This document shows, piece after piece, positions 51,000-61,954 of a stretch of DNA of 64,000 bases (position 1 is the stretch's first letter; each line of letters begins with the position of its first letter). The notes beneath the pieces are model-generated. The model made no database searches. It saw only the letters and a program-made list of their open reading frames with translations, and had not been told where the DNA came from. The position numbers and the translations under genes are program-made. This DNA is from Myxococcota bacterium (GTDB lineage: Bacteria; Myxococcota_A; UBA796; SXON01): positions 59,191-123,190 of the forward strand of contig JAZKFH010000038.1 in assembly GCA_040386535.1 (NCBI GenBank), in the 5' to 3' direction.

Positions 51000-51752
51000 G
51001 TGCACCCCAGTCTCCCGACGCTCATCCTGCTGACCGGCTGCTTCATGCCCACGGCCTACGGCTTGCGCGACGACGGCATCCTCCCGCCGAGCGGCGCCAC
51101 CGAGATCAGCGCCCACGTCTACCAGTTCGCGGTCACGACGGCGAGCGAGCCGGCGCCCTGGTCGGGCTTCCAGGGCCGCTGGCGGCTGGGCGACCTCGTG
51201 GGGCTGCGGACCAACATCAGCGCCGCGGTGCTGCCGGGCGCCGCGGACAGCGGGCTGGTCCTCTGGAACGCCGAGGGGGACGTACTCGTGGGCCTCACTT
51301 CAGAGCCCGCGCAGCCCGTGACGGTGACGCTCTCCGGAGGGCTCAGCGCCCTCGTCTACTTCAGCGAGTCGTCCGTCACGGCGCTCCCCGCGCTGCAGAC
51401 CGGCTTCACCGTGTCGCGGACCCTCGCCGGCACGTTCCACCCGTACCTGGGGATGCGGGTCAACCCGCTGCTGGTCGGCAACACGACCATCGCCTGGGTC
51501 CACACCGGCGCGGGGGTGGGGTGGCGGCCCCGGCTCGGCGAACGCGTGTGGGGCACCTTCGGCCTCGAGGGGGGCTGGGACCACGGCATCTCCGCCTGCG
51601 CCGCCTGGTCCGAAGACGAGAAGCTGGGCTTCGGCGATTGTGACCAGTGGAGCGTTGGCCTCTACGGCGGGGTGACGTTGGAGGGCAAGCGAGGCGCGGC
51701 CCGCCGGAGCGCCGCGCGCGCGGGCCAGGCGGAGTGGGCCGCCGCGCGCTGA
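51000..51752 (+). CDS. Hypothetical lipoprotein, beta-strand rich (possible outer-membrane protein)
   Basis: LILLTGC lipobox; alternating amphipathic beta strands. Confidence 0.55.
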   Translation: MHPSLPTLILLTGCFMPTAYGLRDDGILPPSGATEISAHVYQFAVTTASEPAPWSGFQGRWRLGDLVGLRTNISAAVLPGAADSGLVLWNAEGDVLVGLTSEPAQPVTVTLSGGLSALVYFSESSVTALPALQTGFTVSRTLAGTFHPYLGMRVNPLLVGNTTIAWVHTGAGVGWRPRLGERVWGTFGLEGGWDHGISACAAWSEDEKLGFGDCDQWSVGLYGGVTLEGKRGAARRSAARAGQAEWAAAR

Positions 51753-52009
51753 CGGGACCGCGGTGACACGTGCCACCGCCGAGCGTGGCGCGCCGTTCTC
51801 GGCGGCCCGGGTTCCTCGAGCGGGCGGCCCGGCCCCGCGGCGGGGCCGGCGGGCGCCCTCCAGGGTCGCGGTGCTCCGTCGGCCCGCCGCGCGCGGGCCG
51901 ACCGCCATGGGCCTTGGGCGGGTGGGGTGGCCTTCGGCCCGCGGTTCCGGCGCGCCCACGGCGCCTTCCGGTCGCCCTGCCGCGCGTCCCTTGAACCCGA
52001 GCCTGCCCG

Positions 52010-53335
52010 TCAGGCCCGGGACACCGGATCGTCCGACCCCGGCGCCAGCGCGCGCTCGATTGCCGCGAACAGGCCGGCCCACGTCGAGGTCATCGCGGCG
52101 GCGCCGAGGCGGCGTCCCAAGGGTCCGTTCTCCTCGGCGCTCCGGTGGGAGCAGTACACGATGACCGGCGGCCGGTTGCCGTGCGTCGCGGTCAGCAAGC
52201 GTGCGGCGTCCGACGCGCGGGGCCCGGCCCCGGGCTGGTGGCCCCAGCGGGAGAGGACGAGGTCGAACTCGCTGGCCCGGAGCCGCTCGAGCGCCGCCTG
52301 CGGGTCCGATACCCACTCGATCGTGGGGGCCTCGCCGCGCGCGCCGACGGCGCCGAGCAGCATGTCGGCTTCACGACGGTTGTTGTGGGGCGTGTCCATC
52401 CAGAGGATGCGGCATCCGGCGAGGCGGCCGGCCAGGGTGGTCTCCGGGGCGGCGGCGTCCCCGAGCGCGCGCAGGTAGGCGTCGAAGCCGCCGTGCCCGT
52501 GGGTAGCGTCGTAAGGGAGCAGGTGGATGCCCTCGTGCCGGGCGAAGTGTTCCGCGTCGGACGGGCCCGCGTCGGCGACCACTGCCCAGGCGAGGCTCCG
52601 GGTGCGGGCCGCGTCGCCGAACATCGCGAGCACCTCGGACCGCAGGCCGTTGAGGTAGGCGTCGGTGAACGAGAAGCCCAGGTAGAGCACCGGGCACGTC
52701 GCGAGGACCGCGCGGAGGAACGTGACGTAGCCGCTCTCGACGTACAGCCGCCGCCGGTAGTCCTGGGTGGAGAAGACGATGTGGTCGGCCGGCGCCACGT
52801 CCGGGCCGCCGTCCGAGAGGCTGCCGTGAAGCTGCACGATCGGCGGCCACGCGCGGTGGCGGTCCGAGAAGCGGCGCGACCAGGCGTCGCCGCGCCCGCC
52901 CGTGACACGAAGCACGTCGGCCCAGGCCTCGGCGTCCGGTCGCTGTTGCGGCAGGTAGTGGTCGAAGTTGGTCGTGATGATCGCACGCAGCGGCAGCCGA
53001 CGGAGCAGGTCCAGGCGCTCGGTCAACGCGTCGTGGCGTGCCGACGCGACCAACGCGCGCAGCTCCGTACGAAAGCCGTCCCCCAGACGGTCGCGCACCA
53101 GCTGGGCGGCGGCCTCGTAGTCGAACGCCGTCCGCTGCTTGACGCGCCGCGCGACCTCGGCGCACACGTCCGCGTCGCCCGTGCGCGCGGCGAGGCCGAT
53201 CAGGAGCTCGCCCCAGGTGCCGGTCGCCGGCGCCGAGAAGCCCGCGCCAACGAAGGCCACCACGTCGCCGGTGCGGAGGTGGTCCACCAGGGCCTGGCCG
53301 GCGGGAAGGGCGATGTGCTCGGTGGGGGAGGGCAT
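52010..53335 (-). CDS. SIR2-like (SIR2_2) NADase domain fused to a pseudo-receiver domain
   Basis: FVGAGFS, ITTNFD, QLHGS and LYLGFSFTD motifs; C-terminal ILWMD..NN..E...FDLVLS...VIVY. Confidence 0.85.
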   Translation of the reverse strand: MPSPTEHIALPAGQALVDHLRTGDVVAFVGAGFSAPATGTWGELLIGLAARTGDADVCAEVARRVKQRTAFDYEAAAQLVRDRLGDGFRTELRALVASARHDALTERLDLLRRLPLRAIITTNFDHYLPQQRPDAEAWADVLRVTGGRGDAWSRRFSDRHRAWPPIVQLHGSLSDGGPDVAPADHIVFSTQDYRRRLYVESGYVTFLRAVLATCPVLYLGFSFTDAYLNGLRSEVLAMFGDAARTRSLAWAVVADAGPSDAEHFARHEGIHLLPYDATHGHGGFDAYLRALGDAAAPETTLAGRLAGCRILWMDTPHNNRREADMLLGAVGARGEAPTIEWVSDPQAALERLRASEFDLVLSRWGHQPGAGPRASDAARLLTATHGNRPPVIVYCSHRSAEENGPLGRRLGAAAMTSTWAGLFAAIERALAPGSDDPVSRA

Positions 53336-53380
53336 GGAGCGGGAGTGTACCGGATCTGTCGGAGCGGGCATCGGCTTGGC

Positions 53381-53584
53381 GATCGGCCACATCGGGGGGG
53401 ACCTGGCGCAGGTACCCCCTTGAATGGCCGATCGGAGCGTGGAGATCGGCCACATCGGGGGGGACCTGGCGCAGGTACCCCCTTGAATGGCCGATCGGAG
53501 CGTGGAGATCGGCCACATCGGGGGGGACCTGGCGCAGGTACCCCCTTGAATGGCCGATCGGAGCGTGGAGATCGGCCACATCGG
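53381..53584. repeat. 63-bp perfect tandem repeat x3 plus partial, each unit a nested hairpin
   Basis: Units start at 53381, 53444, 53507 and 53570 (partial); GATCGGCCA...TGGCCGATC arms enclose GGGGG-ACCTG-GCG-CAGGT-A-CCCCC. Confidence 0.95.
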
Positions 53585-53660
53585 CGGTTCGGTCGCCGAC
53601 CGTCAGTCACGCGGCGTGGCCTCCGAGCGGGGACGCTCCGAACGGTCGCTGAAGCGGCCG

Positions 53661-54014
53661 TCAGTCGCCCCACATCATGACGGTCGTGCCCTCGACGCTC
53701 GCGCGTTCGAACAACTCCAGGATCCGCTCCAGCAGGCCCACCCAGGGGTCCTGCGCGCGCGCCGCGGCGACGATCGCGGCCTCCCACGGCGCGGGCCGCT
53801 CGGGGAGGGGCCGGCCCGTGCGCGCTTGGAACGACGCCGCGAGCGCCGTGTCGATCGCCGTCCGCAGGGTGTGCAGTGCGTCCCGCAGGTGGTGTGGGTC
53901 GAGGCGGAGGTCGCGGTAGGGGTCCAGCGTCGGGATGCTCGGATGCAGCAGCTCGACCAGCGGCTGCTCGTAGGCGCCCGGAACGGCCACGGCTGCGCTG
54001 CCCGGTAGGACCAC
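53661..54014 (-). CDS. Small hypothetical protein
   Basis: Protein-like composition, LDPYRD and terminal VMMWGD; start uncertain. Confidence 0.5.
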   Translation of the reverse strand: MVLPGSAAVAVPGAYEQPLVELLHPSIPTLDPYRDLRLDPHHLRDALHTLRTAIDTALAASFQARTGRPLPERPAPWEAAIVAAARAQDPWVGLLERILELFERASVEGTTVMMWGD

Positions 54015-54396
54015 TCCATCGCCGCCTCCGGGTGCACGGTTATCCGCTGGCCCGACCGCGCACCGAACCCCCGCGCGAAGGACGCGCAGGGCGGCGCCCC
54101 CGGCGCCGGCTCGGCGGCCGCTCGGGGCCGCAAGCTGAGGGCCCGTCCATCAACAACCTGCGCATTCGGCCGCCCCTGGGCTCGCGTGCGCGGCGTCGCT
54201 CGTCGGTCACATGCCGAAGGCATGCTCCCTTCTCCCTCCTTGCGCCCGCGGCCCAGGGTCGCCCTCGGTGCTGCAGGTTGTTTCAGGACGGACCCTATGG
54301 CCGCAGGCCGAGCCTGGAGCGGCCTGGCCCGCGTCCGCGCGGGCGCGCCCCGCCTCGACCCACCTCGCGTCGACACACCCCGGTTAGGCTTCAACG

Positions 54397-56204
<1,808 letters not shown>

Positions 56205-56208
<4 letters not shown>

Positions 56209-56558
56209 GCGCGGTCGTCGTCTTCGAGCTCGAGGTGGAACTTGTGCAGGAACCGGTGGAGCACCGGCGCCAGCAACACGCCCGCGAAGACGAGGAAGAA
56301 CACCCCGCTGAAGATGGCGTAAAAGGCCACGAACAGCTTGCTCGCGTCGTTGGTGAGCGGGGTGGTCGGGCCCATCCCGGTGAGGATCATCGCCGCGAAC
56401 AGGAACGCGTCGACCAGCGGGAGCCCCTCGGTGAGCGCCAGGCCCACCATCCCGATCGCGAGCGACACCGCCAGGAGCGTCAGCGCGGCGGCCCACGCCC
56501 ACGCGAGGCGGGCGTGGTACTGCCGACGCGGCAGGAGCGGGCGGTGGCGGCGGGACAT
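56205..56558 (-). CDS. Small two-TM ion-channel-like membrane protein
   Basis: TM-EGL..VDAF..AAMILTGMGP-TM layout; ATG overlaps the upstream TAA. Confidence 0.7.
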
Positions 56559-56980
56559 TACTTGATGAAGTAGCCGCTCACGTGCCAGGTCCCGTCCGTG
56601 TCGATCATGGGCGTGACGGTCTCGACGGCGGCCTTCTTCTTGGCGAACCGCGTCTTGAACGTGATGACCACGTACTGACCGTCGGGCGCGCCGGGCAGCG
56701 TGGTCGCGTACTTCGCCGTGACCATCTTGCGCGCCATCATGGCGCCGAGCGGCGCGCGCACGCCCTTCATCGCGGTGTCCCACTCCTGCGGCGTCACCGC
56801 CGCCTTCATCGGGCTGGCGGAGGCCTCCCAGCTCGCCTGGTAGTCGCCCTTGTCGACCATCGCGAGCCACGCCTTCGCGGCGGTCAAGGCCTTCTTCTCG
56901 GCGGCGGCATGCTCCCCGCCGGCGGCGAACGCGGCGGAGGAGAACAGGAACAGGAACGCGAGCACGAACGAACGGAGCAT
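56558..56980 (-). CDS. DUF4019 family secreted protein
   Basis: Signal peptide; WLAMVD.GDY..SW, LPGAPDGQY and WHVSGYFIK motifs. Confidence 0.88.
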   Translation of the reverse strand: MLRSFVLAFLFLFSSAAFAAGGEHAAAEKKALTAAKAWLAMVDKGDYQASWEASASPMKAAVTPQEWDTAMKGVRAPLGAMMARKMVTAKYATTLPGAPDGQYVVITFKTRFAKKKAAVETVTPMIDTDGTWHVSGYFIK

Positions 56981-57428
56981 GGGAACCTCGGACGGCAGTG
57001 TAACGAGGTGCGGGCGCGTCCCTTCGGGCCGGCCCCTTCTGGGCGCGGCCTGCGGCCTTGGTCCGGGCGCGCTCCCCGAGCGGAGCGCGCCCGGGACCGG
57101 CCGGGCGGACCCGGCCGCCCGCCAGGGGCCTCGCGCGGGGTGCGTGTGGAGGGGAGCGCGGAGCCCCAGCCCGAGGGTGGCACACGCGGCTGGCCCGTGG
57201 GGCCCCCCCAGTCGTTGACGGAAGTCGCGTGACGGCCGTGTCCCGCCCCCTTGGATACCGGAGGGTCGACGCCTACCCCCGGCTGATGAGCGCTTGCTCG
57301 GGGTCCGGATACGCGGGGCCGACCACTCGGCACCTCCGTGGCCGTTTGCCCTGCGGTCACGATGCCGCTCCGCGGTCACGGAGGCTGGGGTGTGATCCAC
57401 TGCAGTCGGCCGGCCAGCGCTCGGCCCC

Positions 57429-57579
57429 GCGGACCGGAGTCGAGTGATGCTCGGTCACCGGCCGACTGCGGTCCTCCCAGGCGGACCGCGGTCGAGAGAT
57501 GCTCGGTCATCGGCCGACTCCGGTCCTCCCAGGCGGACCGCAATCGAGAGATGCTCGGTCATCGGCCGATTCCGGTCCT
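57429..57579. repeat. 52-bp imperfect tandem repeat (~3 copies) with internal hairpins
   Basis: GATGCTCGGTCA at 57446, 57498 and 57550; GACTGCGGTCC...GGACCGCGGTC arms. Confidence 0.88.
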
Positions 57580-57908
57580 ATCCGCGATGCCGGCTGCGGA
57601 CCCAACCTGATGCTGCGGCGAAGTCATGGAGGCGGGATCACCCCGATGATCGCCTCGCCCTGCGCCAAGCTGCGCAGCGTGGGCTCCGGAGGGCAGAGCG
57701 GCCAGGAAGCGACCATACGAGCTCGGCCCCGTGTTCGGCAGGCTCCCCGACGCGTCCGCGACCGGCACGATCGCCCGCGCGGACACACCCGCCTGCTACC
57801 CGAGGTGTCCGGGCCCGGCCAGCGGGGACCCGCCGCTCGACGGGACGCCCGCGGGTCGCGACGCCAGCGTCGACCCCACGAAGCGGCGCGGCGCCAGAAC
57901 GAGGCCCT

Positions 57909-58223
57909 TCAGCGCTTGAACGTGAAGAACTTCGAGAGCGAGGCCAGCGCGCCGCTCTCGTCGTTGCCGGCGAGCTGCTGGAGCTCGCCCGGGTCGAGGA
58001 GGACCGAGCCGCAGTCGGGGCACACGTCGATGGTGACGCCGCGGAAGGTCTGCGGCGCCATCTGTCCGCCACACTTGCCACAGCGGAGGTGGTGAAGCTG
58101 GCGGCGCGCCTCCTTCTCGGCGGTCGCGTTCTCGGCGGACACCTGCTCGTGCAGGGCCTTCTTCTTCTCCAAGTCGAGGCGGGCGAAGTACTCGGCTTCG
58201 GGATCGGTGGTCTTGTCGGACAT
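57909..58223 (-). CDS. zf-TFIIB-type zinc-ribbon protein
   Basis: EAEYFA coiled N-terminus; CGKCG...IDVCPDCGSVLLDPGEL. Confidence 0.82.
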   Translation of the reverse strand: MSDKTTDPEAEYFARLDLEKKKALHEQVSAENATAEKEARRQLHHLRCGKCGGQMAPQTFRGVTIDVCPDCGSVLLDPGELQQLAGNDESGALASLSKFFTFKR

Positions 58224-58352
58224 CGGGGTACCCTGGGAAGTGCGTCTCTTATCTCCCGGCGTGTCCGCCGGGCAAGGCCGCGGACCGACCGGAAGCGGGT
58301 CCGCTAGCGGATCGCGATGGTCGGCGCGAGGCGCGAGCGGACGACGGGAGCC

Positions 58353-60209
58353 CTACGAGCAGGTGCGCCCGAGGCGACGCAATCCGCCCTCGATCTCGCG
58401 CTGCATGTCGATGGTGACGGCCGAGCCGGAGAGGGCGCGGCAGTAATCGTCCGACGCGCTGTTGGTGTCGCCTAGCTTCTCGTTCGCGTAGCCGCGGCCG
58501 AACAGCGCGTCGGCACCGGTGCCGCCCTGCAGGGCGCGATCGAACAAGCCGTGCGCCTTCGTGTAGTCGCCGGCCTCGACCGCCTTCCATCCCTGCTCGA
58601 CGAGCTTCTTCGGCGAGCCGCCGGTCGACGCGGCGCTGGTCTGCGCGGCGGCGGGCTGCGCGGCCGCGGCCTTCTGAGCGGGGGCCTGCGGGGCGGCGGG
58701 CCGCGAGGCCGCGGGCGCCACGGTGGAAGCAGGCGCCTTGACGGACCCGGCGCCCGCGCCCGAGGCGGACGCCGCCACCGGCGGTACCACTGCCGGGGTG
58801 GCGCTCGCCGTGCCGCTCGCACCGGCAGCGGTCGCCTGCGCGCCCGCTACGTCCGGGGCGCCCGGAACCTCGCCCGCCCCCGGGAGGGTCGCCGCGGCCA
58901 ACGGCGGCGGGGTCTCCGCGGTGCGAGCCGTGCCGGTGGGATCTCCACCGCGCGGGTCGACGCCGCGCGGGTCGGCGCCACGACCGGTCCACATCACCAC
59001 GGCGAGCACCGCCGCGGCGGCGACGGCCGCGAGGCCACCCCACAACACCCAGTTGATCCCCGATGCCGCCGGCGGATCGTCGAACACGTCGCGACGCGGG
59101 GGCGTGGGCGAGCCCGGCGCGCCGTCGAGGAAGAAGGTCTGGGACGCGTTGGAGGCGGCACCGGGCGCGGCAGGCGCGAATCCCGGGGCAACCGGCTTGG
59201 AGGCCGCCGGGGAAGCGACTTGCGGGCCGGCGTGCGGCGCGGGCCCCGGACCCACCGACGGGCCCCCGCCGACAGGCGAGGAGACCACGCGCAACGGCGC
59301 GGAGGCGACCACGGCGGGGCCGGGGAGGACGGCCAGGGGGGGCATCCCGTGGGTGGGCGTGCCCGGGGCGTGCGGCGGGATCCCCACCGCGGCCGAACCC
59401 GCGGGTGCGGGCCCGGGCGTGACGGTCGAGACGCCCATGGGAAGCGGGATGTCGCGAACGCCGCTCGTGGGCGGCAGCCGCTCGGTGCGCTCGGCGGCCT
59501 CGGCGCGGTCGAAGGAGGCGGGGATGCCGTCGATGGGCGTCTCGTCGAGCCCCCCGGTCTGGACGGTCTGCTCCTGGGTGTCGTCCCCACCGTCGAAGTC
59601 CATCATCACGGTGCCGAGGCCGCGCGGGTACCCGCCCACGGCGGGCCCGGGGCCCGTGGCGACGGGCATGCCGCCGCCCTGCTGCGCGGAGGCGTTGGCG
59701 TCGATGCTCGTGGCATCGAAGCTCGCGGCATCGAAGGTGGTGGCGTCGAAGCCGTCGGCCTCGTCGGCCTCGGGCGCGTCGACCACGATCTCGTCGTCGT
59801 GCGGGGGCATCTCCGTGCGGAGGTTGCGCTCCTGGAACGACAGCGCGTCGGACGCCGAGAAGAACATCGCGAGGTCGTCACGCTCCCCGGCGCGCACCCA
59901 CCGCAGGCCGTGCTTGGAGACGAGGGCGTCGCGATCGAGGCGGCGTTCGAGGATCCACTGGTGGAGCGCGGCCATGTCGGGCACCGACCAGATCTGGCCG
60001 GCGACCTGCACCAGCTGGATCGACTCGCCCGCCGGCTTCTCGCCGAGGGGCGGCGGGCTGGTGGACTCCTTCGGCGCCTCGGGATCGACCGAGAACGTGT
60101 GGCCACAATGGGAGCAACGGAACTTGAGGCTCCGCGGCCCGCGCGCGCGCGCGCTCGGCGGTGGCTCGATCTCGTGCTCGGAATGGCACCGCGGGCAGGT
60201 GATCTCCAC
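58353..60209 (-). CDS. Zinc-ribbon / GYF-like / TM / TPR protein
   Basis: CPRC...CSHC, LHQWILERRL...VSKHGLRW, single TM, C-terminal TPR. Confidence 0.78.
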   Translation of the reverse strand: MEITCPRCHSEHEIEPPPSARARGPRSLKFRCSHCGHTFSVDPEAPKESTSPPPLGEKPAGESIQLVQVAGQIWSVPDMAALHQWILERRLDRDALVSKHGLRWVRAGERDDLAMFFSASDALSFQERNLRTEMPPHDDEIVVDAPEADEADGFDATTFDAASFDATSIDANASAQQGGGMPVATGPGPAVGGYPRGLGTVMMDFDGGDDTQEQTVQTGGLDETPIDGIPASFDRAEAAERTERLPPTSGVRDIPLPMGVSTVTPGPAPAGSAAVGIPPHAPGTPTHGMPPLAVLPGPAVVASAPLRVVSSPVGGGPSVGPGPAPHAGPQVASPAASKPVAPGFAPAAPGAASNASQTFFLDGAPGSPTPPRRDVFDDPPAASGINWVLWGGLAAVAAAAVLAVVMWTGRGADPRGVDPRGGDPTGTARTAETPPPLAAATLPGAGEVPGAPDVAGAQATAAGASGTASATPAVVPPVAASASGAGAGSVKAPASTVAPAASRPAAPQAPAQKAAAAQPAAAQTSAASTGGSPKKLVEQGWKAVEAGDYTKAHGLFDRALQGGTGADALFGRGYANEKLGDTNSASDDYCRALSGSAVTIDMQREIEGGLRRLGRTCS

Positions 60210-60211
60210 GC

Positions 60212-61885
60212 TTAGCCTCCGCTCATCTGGGCGATGATCTGTTCGATCTGGGCGGCATCCGAGGGGGATCCCTTCAGATACAGCTGGTACTGCGAGTTCG
60301 CCAACGCCGTGTCGCCCTGCAGGCGCGCGATGTGCCCGAGGTACTTGTAGGCGTCCTTCGTGCCCGCCCTGGCGGCGCGATCGAGCGCGGGCTGGGCGCC
60401 GGCGTAGTCACCCGACTCGTACAGGGCGCGGCCGAGCTTCACGGACAGGCTCGCGCTCTTCGCGTTGAGCGCCACGGCCTTCTGGTACGCCTGGGCCGCG
60501 GTCGCCCAGTCGCCGCCGCGCGCGGCGTCGTCCCCGACGGCCTCGTGGTCGCCGGCGGTCTGGTCCGCCTGCTTGACATTGGAGCCCGGCGACGAGGCGC
60601 CGCGCGTGTTCTTGACGGCGACTGCCCCTGCCGGGACGCCGGGGCGGTTCGGCACGACCGGGATCAGGTCGCGCTCGGGCTCGTCGGGCGGGGGCGCGCC
60701 GAGATCGCGATCGTCCGCGGCGGGCTGGCCCTCGAGGCTGGCCTTGAGCTTCTCGTTGATCTCGTCACGGATCTGGTCGGGCGTCTTGTTGGACTGCGCG
60801 GCCGGGCGTGTGGGCTGGGCAGTCGCGACGACGGGCGCCTGGTTCATCCACCACGCGGCGCCGCCGGCGGCGAGGAGCAGCAGAAGCACGACGGCCCCGA
60901 TCATCGGGGCGCGGCTGGAAGCCGGCGGCGGCGCATCAACCTTCTTCGTGGCGGCGGGCGTCACGACGGGGCCGGTGCGCCGCTGGTCGGAGCCGCGCTG
61001 CTGCTTCTTCTTCAGGTCGGCGAAGGGGTCCTGGAAGCGGTCCGGCTCGCCGCCGTTGCGCAACGGGGGCGGTGTGGCGGCCTCCTCGGCGCGGGGGGCC
61101 TCGACCACGGGGGGCGGCTGCGGGTTGAGCGTGGGGGTCTCGCTCTTGCGCGCGGCCAGCGTGTCCCACGCCTCGACGAAGAAGGCGTCGAGATCAGGGA
61201 TGTCGCCGATGGCGCGCCAGGCCTTGCCGTCCCAGCTCACGACGTCGGCCGAGGTGACGCGCCCGTCCTGGATGTACTTCCGGAGCGTCTTGATGTCGGA
61301 GAAGTCGTAGATGAGGCCGATCTTGACCTTCACCTTCCAGGTGGTGACCCCGACCTTGCGGAAGTCGAGCGTGGCCGCCCGCGCGGCCATCGCAGCGGGA
61401 TCCTTGACCTCGGCGCTTCCCCTGGCCTCGGCGCTCGCGGCCGCGAGGCGCGCGACCTCCTGCGAGATCTCGTCCGGCGTGGGGTTCGAGCCGCCGATGC
61501 GCGTGGGCTCGTCGTCCCAGGCGGCGGGCGCGGGCGCGGCGGGCCGCGACGGGCCGGGCGGCGGCGTGGTGGTGGTGCCCGGACCGGCCACGACGCGGCC
61601 GGGGCTGTCGGGTGTACCGGGCACGATGCTGCGGTCGGCCGCCTTCACCGCGTCGGCGAGGCCGCCGGCCTTCCGGAAGTCCCAGGCGGGTGGGCCGCCG
61701 GCTGGCGGGGCCGCGGCCCGGGCGGCCGAGACGGCGCGCCGCGTGTCGCCCGACGTGGGGTCGGGCTGGGCGTACACCACGAACACGTTCCTGCACTTCG
61801 GACACGTGATCTTGGCACCGCGCCCCGTGATCTTGGCATCATCCAGCTTGTAGCGAGACTTGCACGATTCGCAGGTGACGATCAA
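60212..61885 (-). CDS. Zinc-ribbon (MJ0042) / GYF-like / TM / TPR protein
   Basis: CESC...CPKC, LRKYIQDGRV...VSWDGKAW, TM, TPRs; TTG start. Confidence 0.82.
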   Translation of the reverse strand: MIVTCESCKSRYKLDDAKITGRGAKITCPKCRNVFVVYAQPDPTSGDTRRAVSAARAAAPPAGGPPAWDFRKAGGLADAVKAADRSIVPGTPDSPGRVVAGPGTTTTPPPGPSRPAAPAPAAWDDEPTRIGGSNPTPDEISQEVARLAAASAEARGSAEVKDPAAMAARAATLDFRKVGVTTWKVKVKIGLIYDFSDIKTLRKYIQDGRVTSADVVSWDGKAWRAIGDIPDLDAFFVEAWDTLAARKSETPTLNPQPPPVVEAPRAEEAATPPPLRNGGEPDRFQDPFADLKKKQQRGSDQRRTGPVVTPAATKKVDAPPPASSRAPMIGAVVLLLLLAAGGAAWWMNQAPVVATAQPTRPAAQSNKTPDQIRDEINEKLKASLEGQPAADDRDLGAPPPDEPERDLIPVVPNRPGVPAGAVAVKNTRGASSPGSNVKQADQTAGDHEAVGDDAARGGDWATAAQAYQKAVALNAKSASLSVKLGRALYESGDYAGAQPALDRAARAGTKDAYKYLGHIARLQGDTALANSQYQLYLKGSPSDAAQIEQIIAQMSGG

Positions 61886-61954
61886 CGGGTTCGGGCTCCA
61901 AGGAGTCGGGCGGCAGAGGGCGCGGGCGCTCCACGCCGGTCAAGGAAGCAGGGC

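Noticed and set aside
51000..51065. C-FMPT-AYG after the lipobox as a second splicease substrate
   Set aside because: No zinc-ribbon leader, 14 kb from the rSAM, and YG dipeptides are common; no support beyond coincidence.
48141..51752. 1203-aa ORF and other long Arg/Gly/Pro-rich ORFs (e.g. 1220-3460, 25558-27903, 54186-56573)
   Set aside because: Alternative-frame or antisense artefacts of high GC overlapping well-supported genes; only the last ~250 codons of this one look real.
53381..53584. 63-bp repeats as CRISPR, or as a real N-terminal extension of SIR2 (ORF track start 53581)
   Set aside because: Units are fully identical with no variable spacers. The translated repeat is not protein-like, and a TACACT box precedes ATG 53335.
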